From an uncultured archaeon (GTDB taxonomy: Archaea > EX4484-52 > JAADEF01): a DNA stretch of 34,286 nucleotides. The translations under genes and the position numbers were made by a program. Every line of letters starts with the position of its first letter. Position 1 is the stretch's first letter. The stretch lies in contig CAYOWP010000011.1 in NCBI GenBank assembly GCA_964407715.1, forward strand, positions 1 through 34,286. The letters run 5' to 3'. Below the pieces are notes generated by a model, which ran no database searches, was not told where the DNA came from, and saw only the letters and a list, made by a program, of their open reading frames with translations. Positions 19,261 through 30,239 of the stretch are shown piece after piece.

Positions 19261-19578
19261 ATGGTTGAAAACAAGACCCAAGAGGAATACATCAAAGCAT
19301 ATCAGCAATGGCAAATAGTTGTAATGCAAAAAGAGCAAATGGTTTTGCAGCTATCTGAGATAGAAAATACGATAAATGAGCTTCAAAATATAGAAGGAGA
19401 TGTATACAAAATTACAGGCAGTGTAATGATAAAAAAGAAAAAAGAAGATGTGCTAAAGGATTTAAAAGAGAAAAAAGACCTATTAGAGCTAAAAATAAAA
19501 TCCTTAGAAAAACAGGAGAAAACCTTAAGAGAAAAATTGGAGAACTTACATAAAGCAGCTTCCCCGGGAGCATCATAA
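19261..19578 (+). CDS. pfdB: Prefoldin beta subunit
   Basis: Coiled coil - VYKITGSVMI beta-hairpin - coiled coil, 105 aa. Confidence 0.9.
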   Translation: MVENKTQEEYIKAYQQWQIVVMQKEQMVLQLSEIENTINELQNIEGDVYKITGSVMIKKKKEDVLKDLKEKKDLLELKIKSLEKQEKTLREKLENLHKAASPGAS

Positions 19579-19595
19579 CTCAAAGAAGTGATAAA

Positions 19596-20294
19596 ATGGA
19601 AAACGTAGAAATAATAAAAGAGCGCAACACTGCCATTATTGATGGTATTAAAATAACCCATATAGGTCATGCCTCTATAAAGATAACAACTCCTGAGAAC
19701 AAAATCATTTATTTTGATCCCTATGCATATCCTGAAAAAGGATATGAGGAAAAAGCAAACCTCGTATTTATTTCGCATGAGCATTTTGATCATTGTGCTC
19801 CAGAGATAATCAAAAAGATTGCTGTAGAAGGAAAAACAAAAATCATAGCCCATCCAAACTGCCAATCCAAACTTTTAGACATAAAAGCAGAGAAAATGTT
19901 TTTGATGCCTGGAGATAAAAGGGAAATAGATGGCATCTCCTTAGAGGTTGTTCATGCTTATAATCAATCTAAACCTTTTCATCCAAAAGGTAGTGGAAAT
20001 GGATATGTAATAAAGTTAAACAACTTATCGCTATATCATCCGGGAGATACTGATGTAATAGATGAGATGAAGGAATTAAAAGGGAAGGTTGATGTTTTCT
20101 TTTGCCCAATTTCAGGAACATATGTAATGGATGAAAAAGATGCCTTAAAGGCAATAGAGTATATTTGCCCAAGTATAGTGATACCCATACATTACAACTA
20201 TCTTGAGGGATTAGAAAAAGACCCATACAAATTCAAACAAGCAGCACGAGAAAAATTTGGGGATGATGTAGAGGTAATAGTTCTAATAGAATGA
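19596..20294 (+). CDS. Metallo-beta-lactamase-fold hydrolase
   Basis: GHAS, DPY, SHEHFDH, YHPGDT, PIHY. Confidence 0.92.
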   Translation: MENVEIIKERNTAIIDGIKITHIGHASIKITTPENKIIYFDPYAYPEKGYEEKANLVFISHEHFDHCAPEIIKKIAVEGKTKIIAHPNCQSKLLDIKAEKMFLMPGDKREIDGISLEVVHAYNQSKPFHPKGSGNGYVIKLNNLSLYHPGDTDVIDEMKELKGKVDVFFCPISGTYVMDEKDALKAIEYICPSIVIPIHYNYLEGLEKDPYKFKQAAREKFGDDVEVIVLIE

Positions 20295-20296
20295 TC

Positions 20297-21388
20297 TCAT
20301 CCTTTATACTTTATCTTTACCATTCCTGTACCTATTGGAGATACATTGCCAATTATCACATTCTCAATAATACTCGTAAGATGATCCACCTCACCATAAT
20401 ATGAAGCCTTTGTAAGATGCTTTATGGTTTCCTCAAAATTGGCTCTTGCTAAAACAGATGCCTTACTGCCTGCAACCCCATACCTTCCAATTGGTCGAAT
20501 AGTACCGCTATAGCACATTATATCTGCAACAAGCATTAAATGCCTCACATCTGTATCAACTCCTTGGGATCTCATAGTTTCCAAGGCCTCTTTTATAATT
20601 AAATTTCTTGCAGCCTCAATGCCAAATACCTCAGCAATTTCATATAAATTATTGCTATATGTTCTTTTCTTATCGACTCCTTTAATACTCAAAACTTTCC
20701 TCAGGTTAGAGCCAAGGGTTGTGATAACCCATTCACCATCAACATTCTCTACAAGAATCTGCGTTATGCCTTTTATTCCCTTCACATGCTTATTTCTTAA
20801 CTTCATCCTTAGATTCTGCAAATCTTTAATGCTGACTTTCTCAGAGAGCATCTTAACTATAATCACATTATCCTCTATTTTTACATCAACATTCCTTGTT
20901 GTTTTTGATATGGCTGAAGCAACATTTTTCATAGAGATTCCCAATGCATCTGCTTTCTTTTTATCAATAACCAACTCAATAGCAAACTCGCTCAAATCTA
21001 ACCTCTCTTCCACTAAGAGATCTTTAATAGATGTCTCCTTGATTTTACTTGCAATCTCCCTTGCTTTATTCTCGTCTTTTGCATATTTCTCCTCTAAGTA
21101 AATCTTCATGGAAGGTGTCTTAGGCTCTTTTCTTGCATCAAAAATCTCAATTAATCTTGGTAAACCTTGAGTAGTCACGAGCTGCACTCTTCCAGCAGCG
21201 TGGTATGCTCTTAATGTAATCTGTGTTGCTGGCTCAGAAATGGATTGCGCTGCCACCACACCAACAGCTTCGCCATATTCATATCTCATCGACTCATATC
21301 TTTCTAAAGCCTCCTTTAGCTTATCCCCAGATAACTCCCTATATTTGTAAGGCAATATCTCCTTAACATTTGCTTTTTTACGAGCCAT
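20297..21388 (-). CDS. rpoA2: DNA-directed RNA polymerase subunit A'' (Rpo1C)
   Basis: [46 protein letters not shown]; start 21388 follows GAGGTGA. Confidence 0.97.
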   Translation of the reverse strand: MARKKANVKEILPYKYRELSGDKLKEALERYESMRYEYGEAVGVVAAQSISEPATQITLRAYHAAGRVQLVTTQGLPRLIEIFDARKEPKTPSMKIYLEEKYAKDENKAREIASKIKETSIKDLLVEERLDLSEFAIELVIDKKKADALGISMKNVASAISKTTRNVDVKIEDNVIIVKMLSEKVSIKDLQNLRMKLRNKHVKGIKGITQILVENVDGEWVITTLGSNLRKVLSIKGVDKKRTYSNNLYEIAEVFGIEAARNLIIKEALETMRSQGVDTDVRHLMLVADIMCYSGTIRPIGRYGVAGSKASVLARANFEETIKHLTKASYYGEVDHLTSIIENVIIGNVSPIGTGMVKIKYKG

Positions 21389-21401
21389 AACATGATCACC
21401 T

Positions 21402-23858
21402 CTATTCCTTAAATAATCCTCCCCATTCACTTTTCGCAGGATCTATACCATCTTCACCAGCAACAAATTGAATGATATTTCCTGAATCATCCCTTACACT
21501 GAGATCCTTCTCAACCTTAAGATCCTGCAAAGCATTTACCAATCTCCTCTCTAAGTATCCTGAGACCCTTGTTTTCAATGATGAATCCATAATCCCTTCT
21601 CTTCCCTTCATAGCCTCAAAGAAGAAGCTTGTTGGAGATAAGCCACTCTTAAAACTTTCTCTAACAAAGCCTCTTGCATAAGGGCTAAGGTCTCCTCTCT
21701 TAAAATGGCTCAATGTTCTTCCTCTATATCCTCTTCTTGGTCTCTTTCCTCTTATGGTCTCCTGACCAACCAATCCGCTCATATATGCAAGATTTTGAAT
21801 ATTACCTCTTGCACCAGTAATTGCCATGATAAGTGCCTCTGACTCTTTAGCATACTTCTTGATTATTTGTTGCACCTCATTAGTAATGTTCCACATCTCA
21901 GCCATTATTAAATCCTCTAAGGTTTCCTCTACAGTCTTTCCAGGTGTTGGTTCTATCTTACCTTCCTTATATGCCTTTATATGCTTCTCGGCTTTTGAGA
22001 TATAATTTTCCATGATCTTCTCTATCTTCTTTTCTGCTTCCTTAGGTATCTCTAAATCATCAATACCCATGCTAAATCCACGGAGATTTAAGTATGCCAA
22101 AATCAATCTTGTGTAATCATATAAGAAATTAACAGCTGCCTCATGTCCAAGCTGCCTGTCAATGGCATCCACCAACATCCCTTTAAATGCAGAAACTGCC
22201 TTCTCATCAATACTTCCCTGCAATAAAACACCATTTTCCACAATGACTTCATCACCAACACTGGATTTAAATTTAACCGACACACCTTCTGGAATAATCA
22301 TGCTTATGACTTCCCTGCCAGTATAGTATTCCTTATCAAGAACAACATCAAATTTTCCAATGCTGGATAGCATATATGCTACGTCTCTCTTAGGGATCTT
22401 CTCTTCTTTTGATAGCAAATATCCTCCAGAAACATAATCCTGCTGAGCTCCCAATATTGGCCCACCAAATCTTGGGCTACGAATATTCTCTTGCACAAGC
22501 ATCAATTCCTCCGCCTCTGCCCTTGCCTCTGCTGTTTGTGGAACATGCAAATTCATCTCATCTCCATCAAAATCCGCATTATATGGAGGAGTAACAACGA
22601 GATTCAATCTAAATGTTTTAGCTGGCAATACCTTAACCCTATGCGCCATAATACTCATCCTATGCAGAGATGGCTGTCTATTGAAAAGCACAATATCTCC
22701 ATCCATCAAGTGTCTTTCCACAATATCTCCTATCTGCAAATTCTGAGCAATAATTTCTTTGTTGGAATCTAAGATCCTCTTCTTTATACCTCTTGGTGTA
22801 ATAACATAATTGGCCCCAGGATGCTTATGAGGGCCGTTAAGAATGAGCTTTCTTAGTTCTTCTATGTTATATGGAGTAACTTTAATAGGAACTGTAAGCT
22901 CCCTCGCAACCTCTATTGGAACTCCAACCTCATTCGGATGAATATTTGGATCAGGTGAAATCACTGTTCTTGCAGAGAAATTCACTCTCTTACCACTCAA
23001 ATTATATCTAAATCTCCCCTCCTTTGACTTTAATCTCTGTGCAAGTGTTTTTAATGCTCTACCTGATCTATGCCTTGCTGGAGGAATTCCTGATAACTCA
23101 TTATTGAGATATGTAGCAACATGATATTGTAAAAGCTCCCATAAATCCTCAATCATACCTTCAGGAGCTCCAATTGCCAAGTTATCTTGAAGCCTTCTAT
23201 TAATCCTTAATATATCCACCAATTTGTGCGTAAGATCATCCTCGCTCCTTTCCCCAGTTTCCAATGTAATGCTGGGTCTTGCAGAAATTGGTGGAACAAG
23301 TAAAAGTGTAAGAACCAACCATTCAGGTCTTGCATTTTTTAATCCAAATAAAGATGCCTCCTCATCAGATATATTCTCCAAATGCCTTCTTATCTCCTCT
23401 GGGTTCAATTTCCTTTCTCCTCTATAAAAGTGATATGGCCTCTCAAATTTAACCTCCTCAATAGCAGCGCCACATCGAGGACATTTCTCTGGAACTTTAA
23501 CTTTATTTCCTTGCTTGATCAATTCAACATCTTTCTTTTTGATAAGCAAGGCACCACATTCTGGGCAGGTATAGCTCAAAAAATCCTTTATTTCCTTCAC
23601 ATAATATACATTCACCACAGGTTTAGCAAGGACTATCATACCAAAATGTCCTGGACATGATTCAAATGTATTTCCGCATGTCCTACAAACCATACCTGGG
23701 TCAATCACGCCTAAACGAGGATCCATTATTCCTCCTTCAACAGGATATCCATCAAGATCATATACCTCTGATGTTGTGACAGTCATAACTGCTATTTTTT
23801 TGATCATCTCTGGGCTCATTAATCCAAACTCAATGGCTCCCACGCTATTGCTTGTCAT
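21402..23858 (-). CDS. rpoA1: DNA-directed RNA polymerase subunit A' (Rpo1N)
   Basis: Catalytic [23 protein letters not shown], Zn motif CRTC...CPGHFG. Confidence 0.99.
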   Translation of the reverse strand: MTSNSVGAIEFGLMSPEMIKKIAVMTVTTSEVYDLDGYPVEGGIMDPRLGVIDPGMVCRTCGNTFESCPGHFGMIVLAKPVVNVYYVKEIKDFLSYTCPECGALLIKKKDVELIKQGNKVKVPEKCPRCGAAIEEVKFERPYHFYRGERKLNPEEIRRHLENISDEEASLFGLKNARPEWLVLTLLLVPPISARPSITLETGERSEDDLTHKLVDILRINRRLQDNLAIGAPEGMIEDLWELLQYHVATYLNNELSGIPPARHRSGRALKTLAQRLKSKEGRFRYNLSGKRVNFSARTVISPDPNIHPNEVGVPIEVARELTVPIKVTPYNIEELRKLILNGPHKHPGANYVITPRGIKKRILDSNKEIIAQNLQIGDIVERHLMDGDIVLFNRQPSLHRMSIMAHRVKVLPAKTFRLNLVVTPPYNADFDGDEMNLHVPQTAEARAEAEELMLVQENIRSPRFGGPILGAQQDYVSGGYLLSKEEKIPKRDVAYMLSSIGKFDVVLDKEYYTGREVISMIIPEGVSVKFKSSVGDEVIVENGVLLQGSIDEKAVSAFKGMLVDAIDRQLGHEAAVNFLYDYTRLILAYLNLRGFSMGIDDLEIPKEAEKKIEKIMENYISKAEKHIKAYKEGKIEPTPGKTVEETLEDLIMAEMWNITNEVQQIIKKYAKESEALIMAITGARGNIQNLAYMSGLVGQETIRGKRPRRGYRGRTLSHFKRGDLSPYARGFVRESFKSGLSPTSFFFEAMKGREGIMDSSLKTRVSGYLERRLVNALQDLKVEKDLSVRDDSGNIIQFVAGEDGIDPAKSEWGGLFKE

Positions 23859-23877
23859 TATTTATCACCTCATATAT

Positions 23878-25680
23878 CTACATCTCTATCTTCTTTTTAA
23901 CTTTTATTTTTGGATATATCATCATACCCATTAACTCATCTAAAAGCAATTTGAAAGCATAACTCATCTCAACCTTTGTCACATCTGATCCTTTGCATAA
24001 AGGACATTCAACCCTTCCCTTCCTTCTGTTCTCATAAGCAATTAAACCACACTCATTACAAATATAAAATTCATACCTATCAGAACTGAATCTCTCCTTT
24101 AATGTTAGTGAGGCTCCATGTCCTATAAGACAATCCTTTTCCATCTCTCCAAACCTTAAACCTCCTTCTCTGCTTCTACCTTCTGTAGGTTGCTTGGTTA
24201 ATAGCGTAACCTTACCTCTTGCTCTTGCATGCAACTTATGACTAACCAAATGATATAGTCTGAAATAGTATCCCACCCCTATAAATATCTTAACTTTATA
24301 TTTTCTGCCTGTCCTTCCATCATACATTACCTCACGAGGACCTTCTTTAAATCCCATTTTAATCAACAAATCCCTAATTTCCTCCTCATCTCCTTTAAAT
24401 GCCGTTCCATCTATTCTCTTACCCAACAGAGCACCCAATTTCCCTGCTAATATTTCCATTAATTGTCCAACTGTCATTCTTGAGGGAATAGCATGCGGAT
24501 TAAGGATGATATCTGGAGTTATTCCGCTTTCTGTGAAAGGCATATCCTCCTCTGGAACTATCAATCCTATAACTCCTTTTTGACCATGTCGTGTTGCAAA
24601 TTTATCCCCTATCTCAGGAATCTTCGGTTCTCTCACCGTTACCTTTATTATTTTTTCAGCGTTTTCATTTTGTGTAAGTACAACCTTCTCTACAATGCCT
24701 TCTTCTCCTTTCCTAACTGTAATAGAATTATCCTTTTTGTTTTTTATTCCCATTCTTATTTCTTCTTGAATTCCTATAAATCTTATCGGCGATATCCTAG
24801 AAACAAGCACATCATCAGAATCCGCATAAGTTTCCACGTTGATGATTCCTTCCTCGCTCAGTTTCGCATAAGCTTCCTCTAATTTTCTTCCAAACACATC
24901 CTCATCAGGGAAACCTATAATATCTTCCTGACCTCCCCAATATCTTTTTGCCTCTGCAATATATGTTCTCAAGAAATATGATCTTCCCAGTCCTCTTTCT
25001 ATAGATGCTTTGTTCACAATAAGAGCATCCTCTATATTATATCCCTCATAACTCAACAATGCAATAACCAAATTTTGACCATTAGGATGTTTGTTCAATC
25101 CTGTGAATTCCTCTGTCTGAGTATATACCATAGGCAACTCTGGATACACAAGTAATTGCGCAGCGGTATCATCCCTTATTAAATAATTCTTTAAGTATAT
25201 TCCTGATGCCTGCACCACCATCCTGGAACCATAATTTAATCTATCTCCTCTATTCATCTCTGGAAACGGCAAAAGTGATGCCTCCACACCTAAAATCATT
25301 GCAGGATCCAATTCCAAATGGGTATGCTCTTTTGTAATCTCTTCCTCGCTTACAGCAACATATGCATTATCCTCCTCATTAGCATCCAAGAATTCTATTA
25401 TTCCTTCATCAATAAGTTGTTGCCATGTTATCTCCCCATTAAGTAGTTTCTTCTTATGTTCCTCTGTCAATAACGGCTTTCCATCCTTCACAACTATCAG
25501 AGGTCTAAGAATTCTACCATTATCTAATACAATATGCAGTTCATCCCTATCATCAAGATAATATACGCTCATGGTTTTTGGAAATTTGCCCTTCCTTCTT
25601 TTTTCTATAATCTCTTTTCTCATCTCCTCAAGATTTGATGCCTCTCCTAAGGGAATACCATTAAAAAATACTATGCCCAT
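23878..25680 (-). CDS. rpoB1: DNA-directed RNA polymerase subunit B' (Rpo2C)
   Basis: GYNIEDA, GDKFATRHGQKG, GGLRFGEME, C-terminal Zn ribbon. Confidence 0.98.
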   Translation of the reverse strand: MGIVFFNGIPLGEASNLEEMRKEIIEKRRKGKFPKTMSVYYLDDRDELHIVLDNGRILRPLIVVKDGKPLLTEEHKKKLLNGEITWQQLIDEGIIEFLDANEEDNAYVAVSEEEITKEHTHLELDPAMILGVEASLLPFPEMNRGDRLNYGSRMVVQASGIYLKNYLIRDDTAAQLLVYPELPMVYTQTEEFTGLNKHPNGQNLVIALLSYEGYNIEDALIVNKASIERGLGRSYFLRTYIAEAKRYWGGQEDIIGFPDEDVFGRKLEEAYAKLSEEGIINVETYADSDDVLVSRISPIRFIGIQEEIRMGIKNKKDNSITVRKGEEGIVEKVVLTQNENAEKIIKVTVREPKIPEIGDKFATRHGQKGVIGLIVPEEDMPFTESGITPDIILNPHAIPSRMTVGQLMEILAGKLGALLGKRIDGTAFKGDEEEIRDLLIKMGFKEGPREVMYDGRTGRKYKVKIFIGVGYYFRLYHLVSHKLHARARGKVTLLTKQPTEGRSREGGLRFGEMEKDCLIGHGASLTLKERFSSDRYEFYICNECGLIAYENRRKGRVECPLCKGSDVTKVEMSYAFKLLLDELMGMMIYPKIKVKKKIEM

Positions 25681-25698
25681 ATTTATCACCTTGAATTA

Positions 25699-27234
25699 TT
25701 AGATGAAGATTTTATTTCTCTCATTTTCTGTTGCATATTTGCTCATTATGTTCTTAATATCCTCCATTGCTTTTGAGATTACCTTTGCTGTAGGTAATGT
25801 GCTAATCTCAGCACCAACCGCACAATAGTTTCTTAGACCTATATTTTGTCCTTCAGGAGTTCTTACGGCACATACTCTCCCAAACTTAGTAGGGTGTAAT
25901 TCCCTTGCCTCAAAGTGCTCCTGTGTAGATGCTAAAGGAGACACAATACTCCTGAGATGCGCCATTGTCCTTATAAAGTTTGTTCTCTCTAATCTCTGAG
26001 AAACTCCTGTTCTGTTGCCAACCCAATTACCTGTTGCCATGGCTCTCATGAGCATATTATCAAGAACATCAGGTGAAATTATGCTCTGTAATCTTGAAAT
26101 CTTCCTGCCTCTTTTCATTATCTTTTGATAGGAATACTGCAAACGAGATACCAACCCCCACTTACCAATTATAACGCTCCTTATAAGTTGATCTATCAAC
26201 TCACCAGATAACTTTACCCTCTTGTTGCCATAGTGATCTATATCTTCTTTCTCTATCTTACCATAATATAATTTTATCATGTTCTTCATTATCACAGCCA
26301 ATAAATATGCCTTCTTCATCCTGCTCCTAGGATCATTTCCTAAATAAGAGAGCAAATAATTATCCAATACATGCAGTACTCTCTCCTCTAACTCCTCCTT
26401 TGTCTTTATCCTTAACTTCTTTCCAAGATTTTCAAGTGATTCCTCATAGGTTCTACCAGAGGAATATAGATTTATAAGCACATCCTCTACCTCTCCCTCA
26501 TCTGGTGAGATTAAAGAGATTATATCTTTGTCTGTTTTTATGCCCAATGCTCTAATCACATCCACAACATTAACAGGATCCTCAACCACATTTGAGAATC
26601 TAGTAACTATAACACCATTCTCTCTCCTCTCAAATTGATGTCTCTGAATAAACCCTCCTTTCTCGCTATTTAATCTTGCTACTATCACACCATTATCCTC
26701 AAAATATGTGATCTTTCCTGATGCAAGATCCTCAGCTAATATCATTACCCTTTCAGTTCCATTTATAATAAAATATCCTCCTGGATCATCTGGATCCTCA
26801 CCAGCTTCTATAAGCTCCTCATCACTCATCTTTGACAATACACAAAGATCAGATTTTACCATAACAGGCAAGTGTCCTATAATAACTTTCTCAGGTTGTT
26901 TTTCTATATCCTCATATATTGGTGTTATCTCAACAATAATTGGCGAGCGATATGTAAGATTTCTTAATCTTGCCTCAGATGGAAATATATACCTTACAGA
27001 ACCATCTGCCTCCCTAATTTGTGGCTTATCAAGAAATACTCTACCAAATTTTAAAGTGATGACCTCTTCTGTTGGGAGAGAGATAGTTATTCTCTCAATA
27101 TCATATAATGTTTTTTGAAGACCTTCTTTTACATAATAATTAAAAGATCCCAATTGGTGATCAGCTCTCCCTTTCATCTTTAGCAATTCATGAAGATAAC
27201 TTTTTAAAAGTACGCTTTTCTTATACGAAGCCAT
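25699..27234 (-). CDS. rpoB2: DNA-directed RNA polymerase subunit B'' (Rpo2N)
   Basis: PSEARLRNLTY, GGYFIINGTERV, DHYGNKRV, TPEGQNIGL. Confidence 0.98.
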   Translation of the reverse strand: MASYKKSVLLKSYLHELLKMKGRADHQLGSFNYYVKEGLQKTLYDIERITISLPTEEVITLKFGRVFLDKPQIREADGSVRYIFPSEARLRNLTYRSPIIVEITPIYEDIEKQPEKVIIGHLPVMVKSDLCVLSKMSDEELIEAGEDPDDPGGYFIINGTERVMILAEDLASGKITYFEDNGVIVARLNSEKGGFIQRHQFERRENGVIVTRFSNVVEDPVNVVDVIRALGIKTDKDIISLISPDEGEVEDVLINLYSSGRTYEESLENLGKKLRIKTKEELEERVLHVLDNYLLSYLGNDPRSRMKKAYLLAVIMKNMIKLYYGKIEKEDIDHYGNKRVKLSGELIDQLIRSVIIGKWGLVSRLQYSYQKIMKRGRKISRLQSIISPDVLDNMLMRAMATGNWVGNRTGVSQRLERTNFIRTMAHLRSIVSPLASTQEHFEARELHPTKFGRVCAVRTPEGQNIGLRNYCAVGAEISTLPTAKVISKAMEDIKNIMSKYATENERNKIFI

Positions 27235-27274
27235 GCTTATCACATCCTTATCTTAACACTTTAGACTCAAAGAT

Positions 27275-27643
27275 TTATTCTTCCTCATTCCTTTCTCTTT
27301 CTTCTATATCTTCATCTGATGAAATCTCACTCTCAGATAATTCCCCTTCTGAAATTATCTCCTCAGAGAGTTCCTCTTCTATACTCTCTCTTGAGGAGAC
27401 AACTACCCTATAATAATATGATTTGCCTGCAGTAGGGCTTTCTCTTTCAATTTTTATTACATCCCCAACCTTTGCGCCTATGGCTTTGACTGCTGGATCT
27501 GTTATAAGAATCTTAGGCAACTTATCCTTTGTTACATTATATTTTTTTAGTAATTCCTCAACTTCCTTTTTACTGAGAATTTCATGCTTTGGAACCAAAA
27601 AGTGCTCAAATATCTCCTTATAGTTCTCTCCTATGGACACCAC
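27275..27643 (-). CDS. rpoH: DNA-directed RNA polymerase subunit H (Rpo5) with acidic tail
   Basis: [32 protein letters not shown]; first gene of the rpo operon. Confidence 0.97.
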   Translation of the reverse strand: MVSIGENYKEIFEHFLVPKHEILSKKEVEELLKKYNVTKDKLPKILITDPAVKAIGAKVGDVIKIERESPTAGKSYYYRVVVSSRESIEEELSEEIISEGELSESEISSDEDIEERERNEEE

Positions 27644-27667
27644 CTGAAAAGGTGAGTTAAGGGCATA

Positions 27668-27796
27668 TGGGCCCGACGGGATTTGAACCCGCGACTCCCG
27701 GGTATCTTCTACAGCCTCACCCGGCGGTGAGTCTGGTTAAAAGCTTCACCCCCTGTATTAAGAGCCCGGTGCTCTACCAGACTGAGCTACGGGCCC
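27668..27796 (-). tRNA. tRNA-Lys(CTT) with a 55-nt intron at position 37/38 (intron 27704-27758)
   Basis: Exons GGGCCCGTAGCTCAGTCTGGTAGAGCACCGGGCTCTTA and ACCCGGGAGTCGCGGGTTCAAATCCCGTCGGGCCCA; bulge-helix-bulge with TACAG/CTGTA outer helix. Confidence 0.93.
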
Positions 27797-27893
27797 ATAT
27801 TATAATATTATATTTTAACCAAAGCATATAATTTTAAAAACTTTAATGAATTTAAATAGTTTTTAAATAATAATTAAGGGAGGATTGTTAGAG

Positions 27894-29006
27894 ATGATAA
27901 AGGTATTCAACGACCTTATGGAAGAGATAAAAAAATATGATAATAAGGTATTAATATATCATGACATTGATGCTGATGGATTGTGCAGCGCAATCCTTTT
28001 GAAAAAATATCTTGAAAAAAATGTAATTGATTTAAAACTTGTACCTCATCATGGAGGTCCAAGAAAAGTCTCAGATAAAATGAAAAAAATAATAAAAGAA
28101 TATCAACCATCATATCTCATGATATTGGATCTTGCATATGATGATGATATAGAAAATTTAATTAAACTCAAAAGAGAATTAGAACTTAAGAAAATAGCAA
28201 TCATAGATCATCATGAACTCAATAGATACATCGAGGAGAATATCTATAATTTAAAGGATGAAGTTACTATTATAAAACCACAGCTCTTCTCGAATGTTCC
28301 ACCAGAGAGATATCCCACATCAAAACTTGTATATGATTTGATAAGTTATGTTGATAATGATATTAAGAAATATTGGTGGATTTCTGCTATTGGTATCATA
28401 GGCGATGGTGCATATGAAATGTGGGAATCCTTCATAAAGGAAAGATCAAAGAAAAATGGAATAGAGATTGCTGAGTTAGTGAAAGCTGAAGAACTCATGG
28501 ATTTTGCTGTTTCTGAAAATAAAGAAAACATTTCTAAGGTGCTAAATCTTTTAGATACCTGTGAGAATGTGTATGATATAACCAGAGAACTAAAAAAACA
28601 TGAAAAAGTAAGAGATATTGTGAACAAATTGATAGAGAACCATAAAAAAGATGCCTATATTGATCATAATAACAAATTGTTAATTTATGAGATAGAATTC
28701 TTTGGATTAAGGTCAAGAATAGCCAATGAAATCTCAAAGAAGTATCCTGAATATGTAGTGATTATATATGGAAGACATCAAGATGATCCCTCAAAATACA
28801 TTATAAGTTTTAGAAATCAAACAGCAGATATAAATGTTGCAAAATTGATAAAAACTCTTTCAAGAGAAGTTCCAACATTAGAAGGAGGAGGCCACAAACC
28901 CGCAGCAGGAGCATCAGTCGATGAGAAATATCTGGAGATATTCCTAAAAAAACTTAAAGAAAAAATCAAAGAAATCAGAGAATCCAAAAAGAAAAAATCA
29001 AATTGA
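27894..29006 (+). CDS. DHH family phosphoesterase (RecJ/NrnA-like) with DHHA1 domain
   Basis: HDIDADG, ILDL, IIDHH, SFR, GGGHKPAAG. Confidence 0.92.
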   Translation: MIKVFNDLMEEIKKYDNKVLIYHDIDADGLCSAILLKKYLEKNVIDLKLVPHHGGPRKVSDKMKKIIKEYQPSYLMILDLAYDDDIENLIKLKRELELKKIAIIDHHELNRYIEENIYNLKDEVTIIKPQLFSNVPPERYPTSKLVYDLISYVDNDIKKYWWISAIGIIGDGAYEMWESFIKERSKKNGIEIAELVKAEELMDFAVSENKENISKVLNLLDTCENVYDITRELKKHEKVRDIVNKLIENHKKDAYIDHNNKLLIYEIEFFGLRSRIANEISKKYPEYVVIIYGRHQDDPSKYIISFRNQTADINVAKLIKTLSREVPTLEGGGHKPAAGASVDEKYLEIFLKKLKEKIKEIRESKKKKSN

Positions 29007-29010
29007 AATC

Positions 29011-29558
29011 TGGTTAACGAGAAGAAATCGCCTTACCAAAAGGTTTGCGGCATGGTAATCACATAAAATGATTAGCTGCTCCGATATGCTTTGGAAGAGG
29101 TATGGTATCCCTTAACCAAATTTTAAAAAATAAAAAATGGTTAACGGGAGGAAATCGTCTTATCACATGTCTTGCAGCATGGTAACCTCTTAGAAAGGTT
29201 AGCCGCTGTAATGTGCCTTTTAAGAGGTTACATCTCCCCTTAACCATTTTATTTAAAATAAAAATTGGTTAACGCGAGAAAATCGCCATCACAACCACAT
29301 TGCAGCATGGTAACCCGCTTTAAGGGTTACCTGCTTCCAAACATCTTCGAATGGTTAGCTGCTTCTAAAACGCTTTGAAAGGTTAGCTGCTCAAATGTGC
29401 TATTGATAAGGCATGCCTTCTCTTAACCATTTCAAAAATAATAATTGGTTAACGAGAAGCATACCTTTTTCATTCAGCATATTACAGCAGCTAACCTTTC
29501 TAAGTGGTGGTTATCATGCCGCAAACCTTTTGGTGAAGTGATATCTTCGCGTTAACCA
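29011..29558. repeat. Palindromic repeat array 5: three + units (29011-29118, 29138-29246, 29266-29429) and one inverted unit (29446-29558)
   Basis: Same family motifs; third unit has two extra modules (164 bp); last unit matches the consensus on the minus strand. Confidence 0.95.
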
Positions 29559-30202
29559 AAATTGGTTTGTTTTTGATTAGCAAATTTTTTATTTAGGTTT
29601 TTTCCCTCTCTTACTATCAAAGCATGAAATTCTTGAAGCATGTTCACATCCTTGATTTCGCTCTCAACTAAAAGGCGAATAGCTTCATAATCAAATTTCT
29701 CATCATCTATTATGCCATATAACTTAAACAACCTCAATGTATATTTGTCAACAACAAAAATGGGCTTAAAACCAGCATAAAGCAAAATACTATCTGCTGT
29801 TTCCTTACCAATTCCTTTTATGCTAAGAAGTTCCTGCCTAAGATCCAAAACACTTTTGTTCTGTTCAAAGAAGTTCCTCAAAGATTTATGCTTACATATT
29901 ATATATTCAGCAAACAATTTTAATCTCTCCGCTTTTTGATTATAAAAACCACTTGATTTGATAGCTTCCTTTATTGTCTCCAAATCTGCACATGAGATTG
30001 ATTTTAAGGATAAAAGACCTCTCTCCCTCAATCTCTGTATAGCCTTTTCCACATTTTTCCAAGAAGTATTCTGCGTTAATATGGCTCCTATTGCTATCTC
30101 GTCATTTCCATACTTTTCTCCCTCACATGGCCACCAATTTTGCGGCCCATATTTTGAGTAGAGATAATTATAAAAATCTAAAATCCTCTTGAAATGCCTC
30201 AT
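29552..30202 (-). CDS. Endonuclease III-related HhH-GPD DNA glycosylase family protein
   Basis: GPQNWWP, GAILTQNTSW, SGFYNQKA, LLSIKGIGKETADSILLY, VVDKYT, FHALIV. Confidence 0.9.
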   Translation of the reverse strand: MRHFKRILDFYNYLYSKYGPQNWWPCEGEKYGNDEIAIGAILTQNTSWKNVEKAIQRLRERGLLSLKSISCADLETIKEAIKSSGFYNQKAERLKLFAEYIICKHKSLRNFFEQNKSVLDLRQELLSIKGIGKETADSILLYAGFKPIFVVDKYTLRLFKLYGIIDDEKFDYEAIRLLVESEIKDVNMLQEFHALIVREGKNLNKKFANQKQTNFG

Positions 30203-30239
30203 ATTCAACACCCAAAGAAAGCCTTCTGAATTAATGATT

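Noticed and set aside
27734-27741. TGGTTAA inside the tRNA-Lys intron, and GTTAACCA at the mscS start (33367-33374)
   Set aside because: Only 7-8 nt matches to the repeat terminus with none of the other motifs; expected by chance in AT-rich DNA
29011-29558. TIGR-type or C/D-box guide RNA array (9-nt variable loops)
   Set aside because: No box C/D motifs, period is not ~36 nt, loops are reused, and no Nop-domain gene is nearby; a different guide role is not excluded
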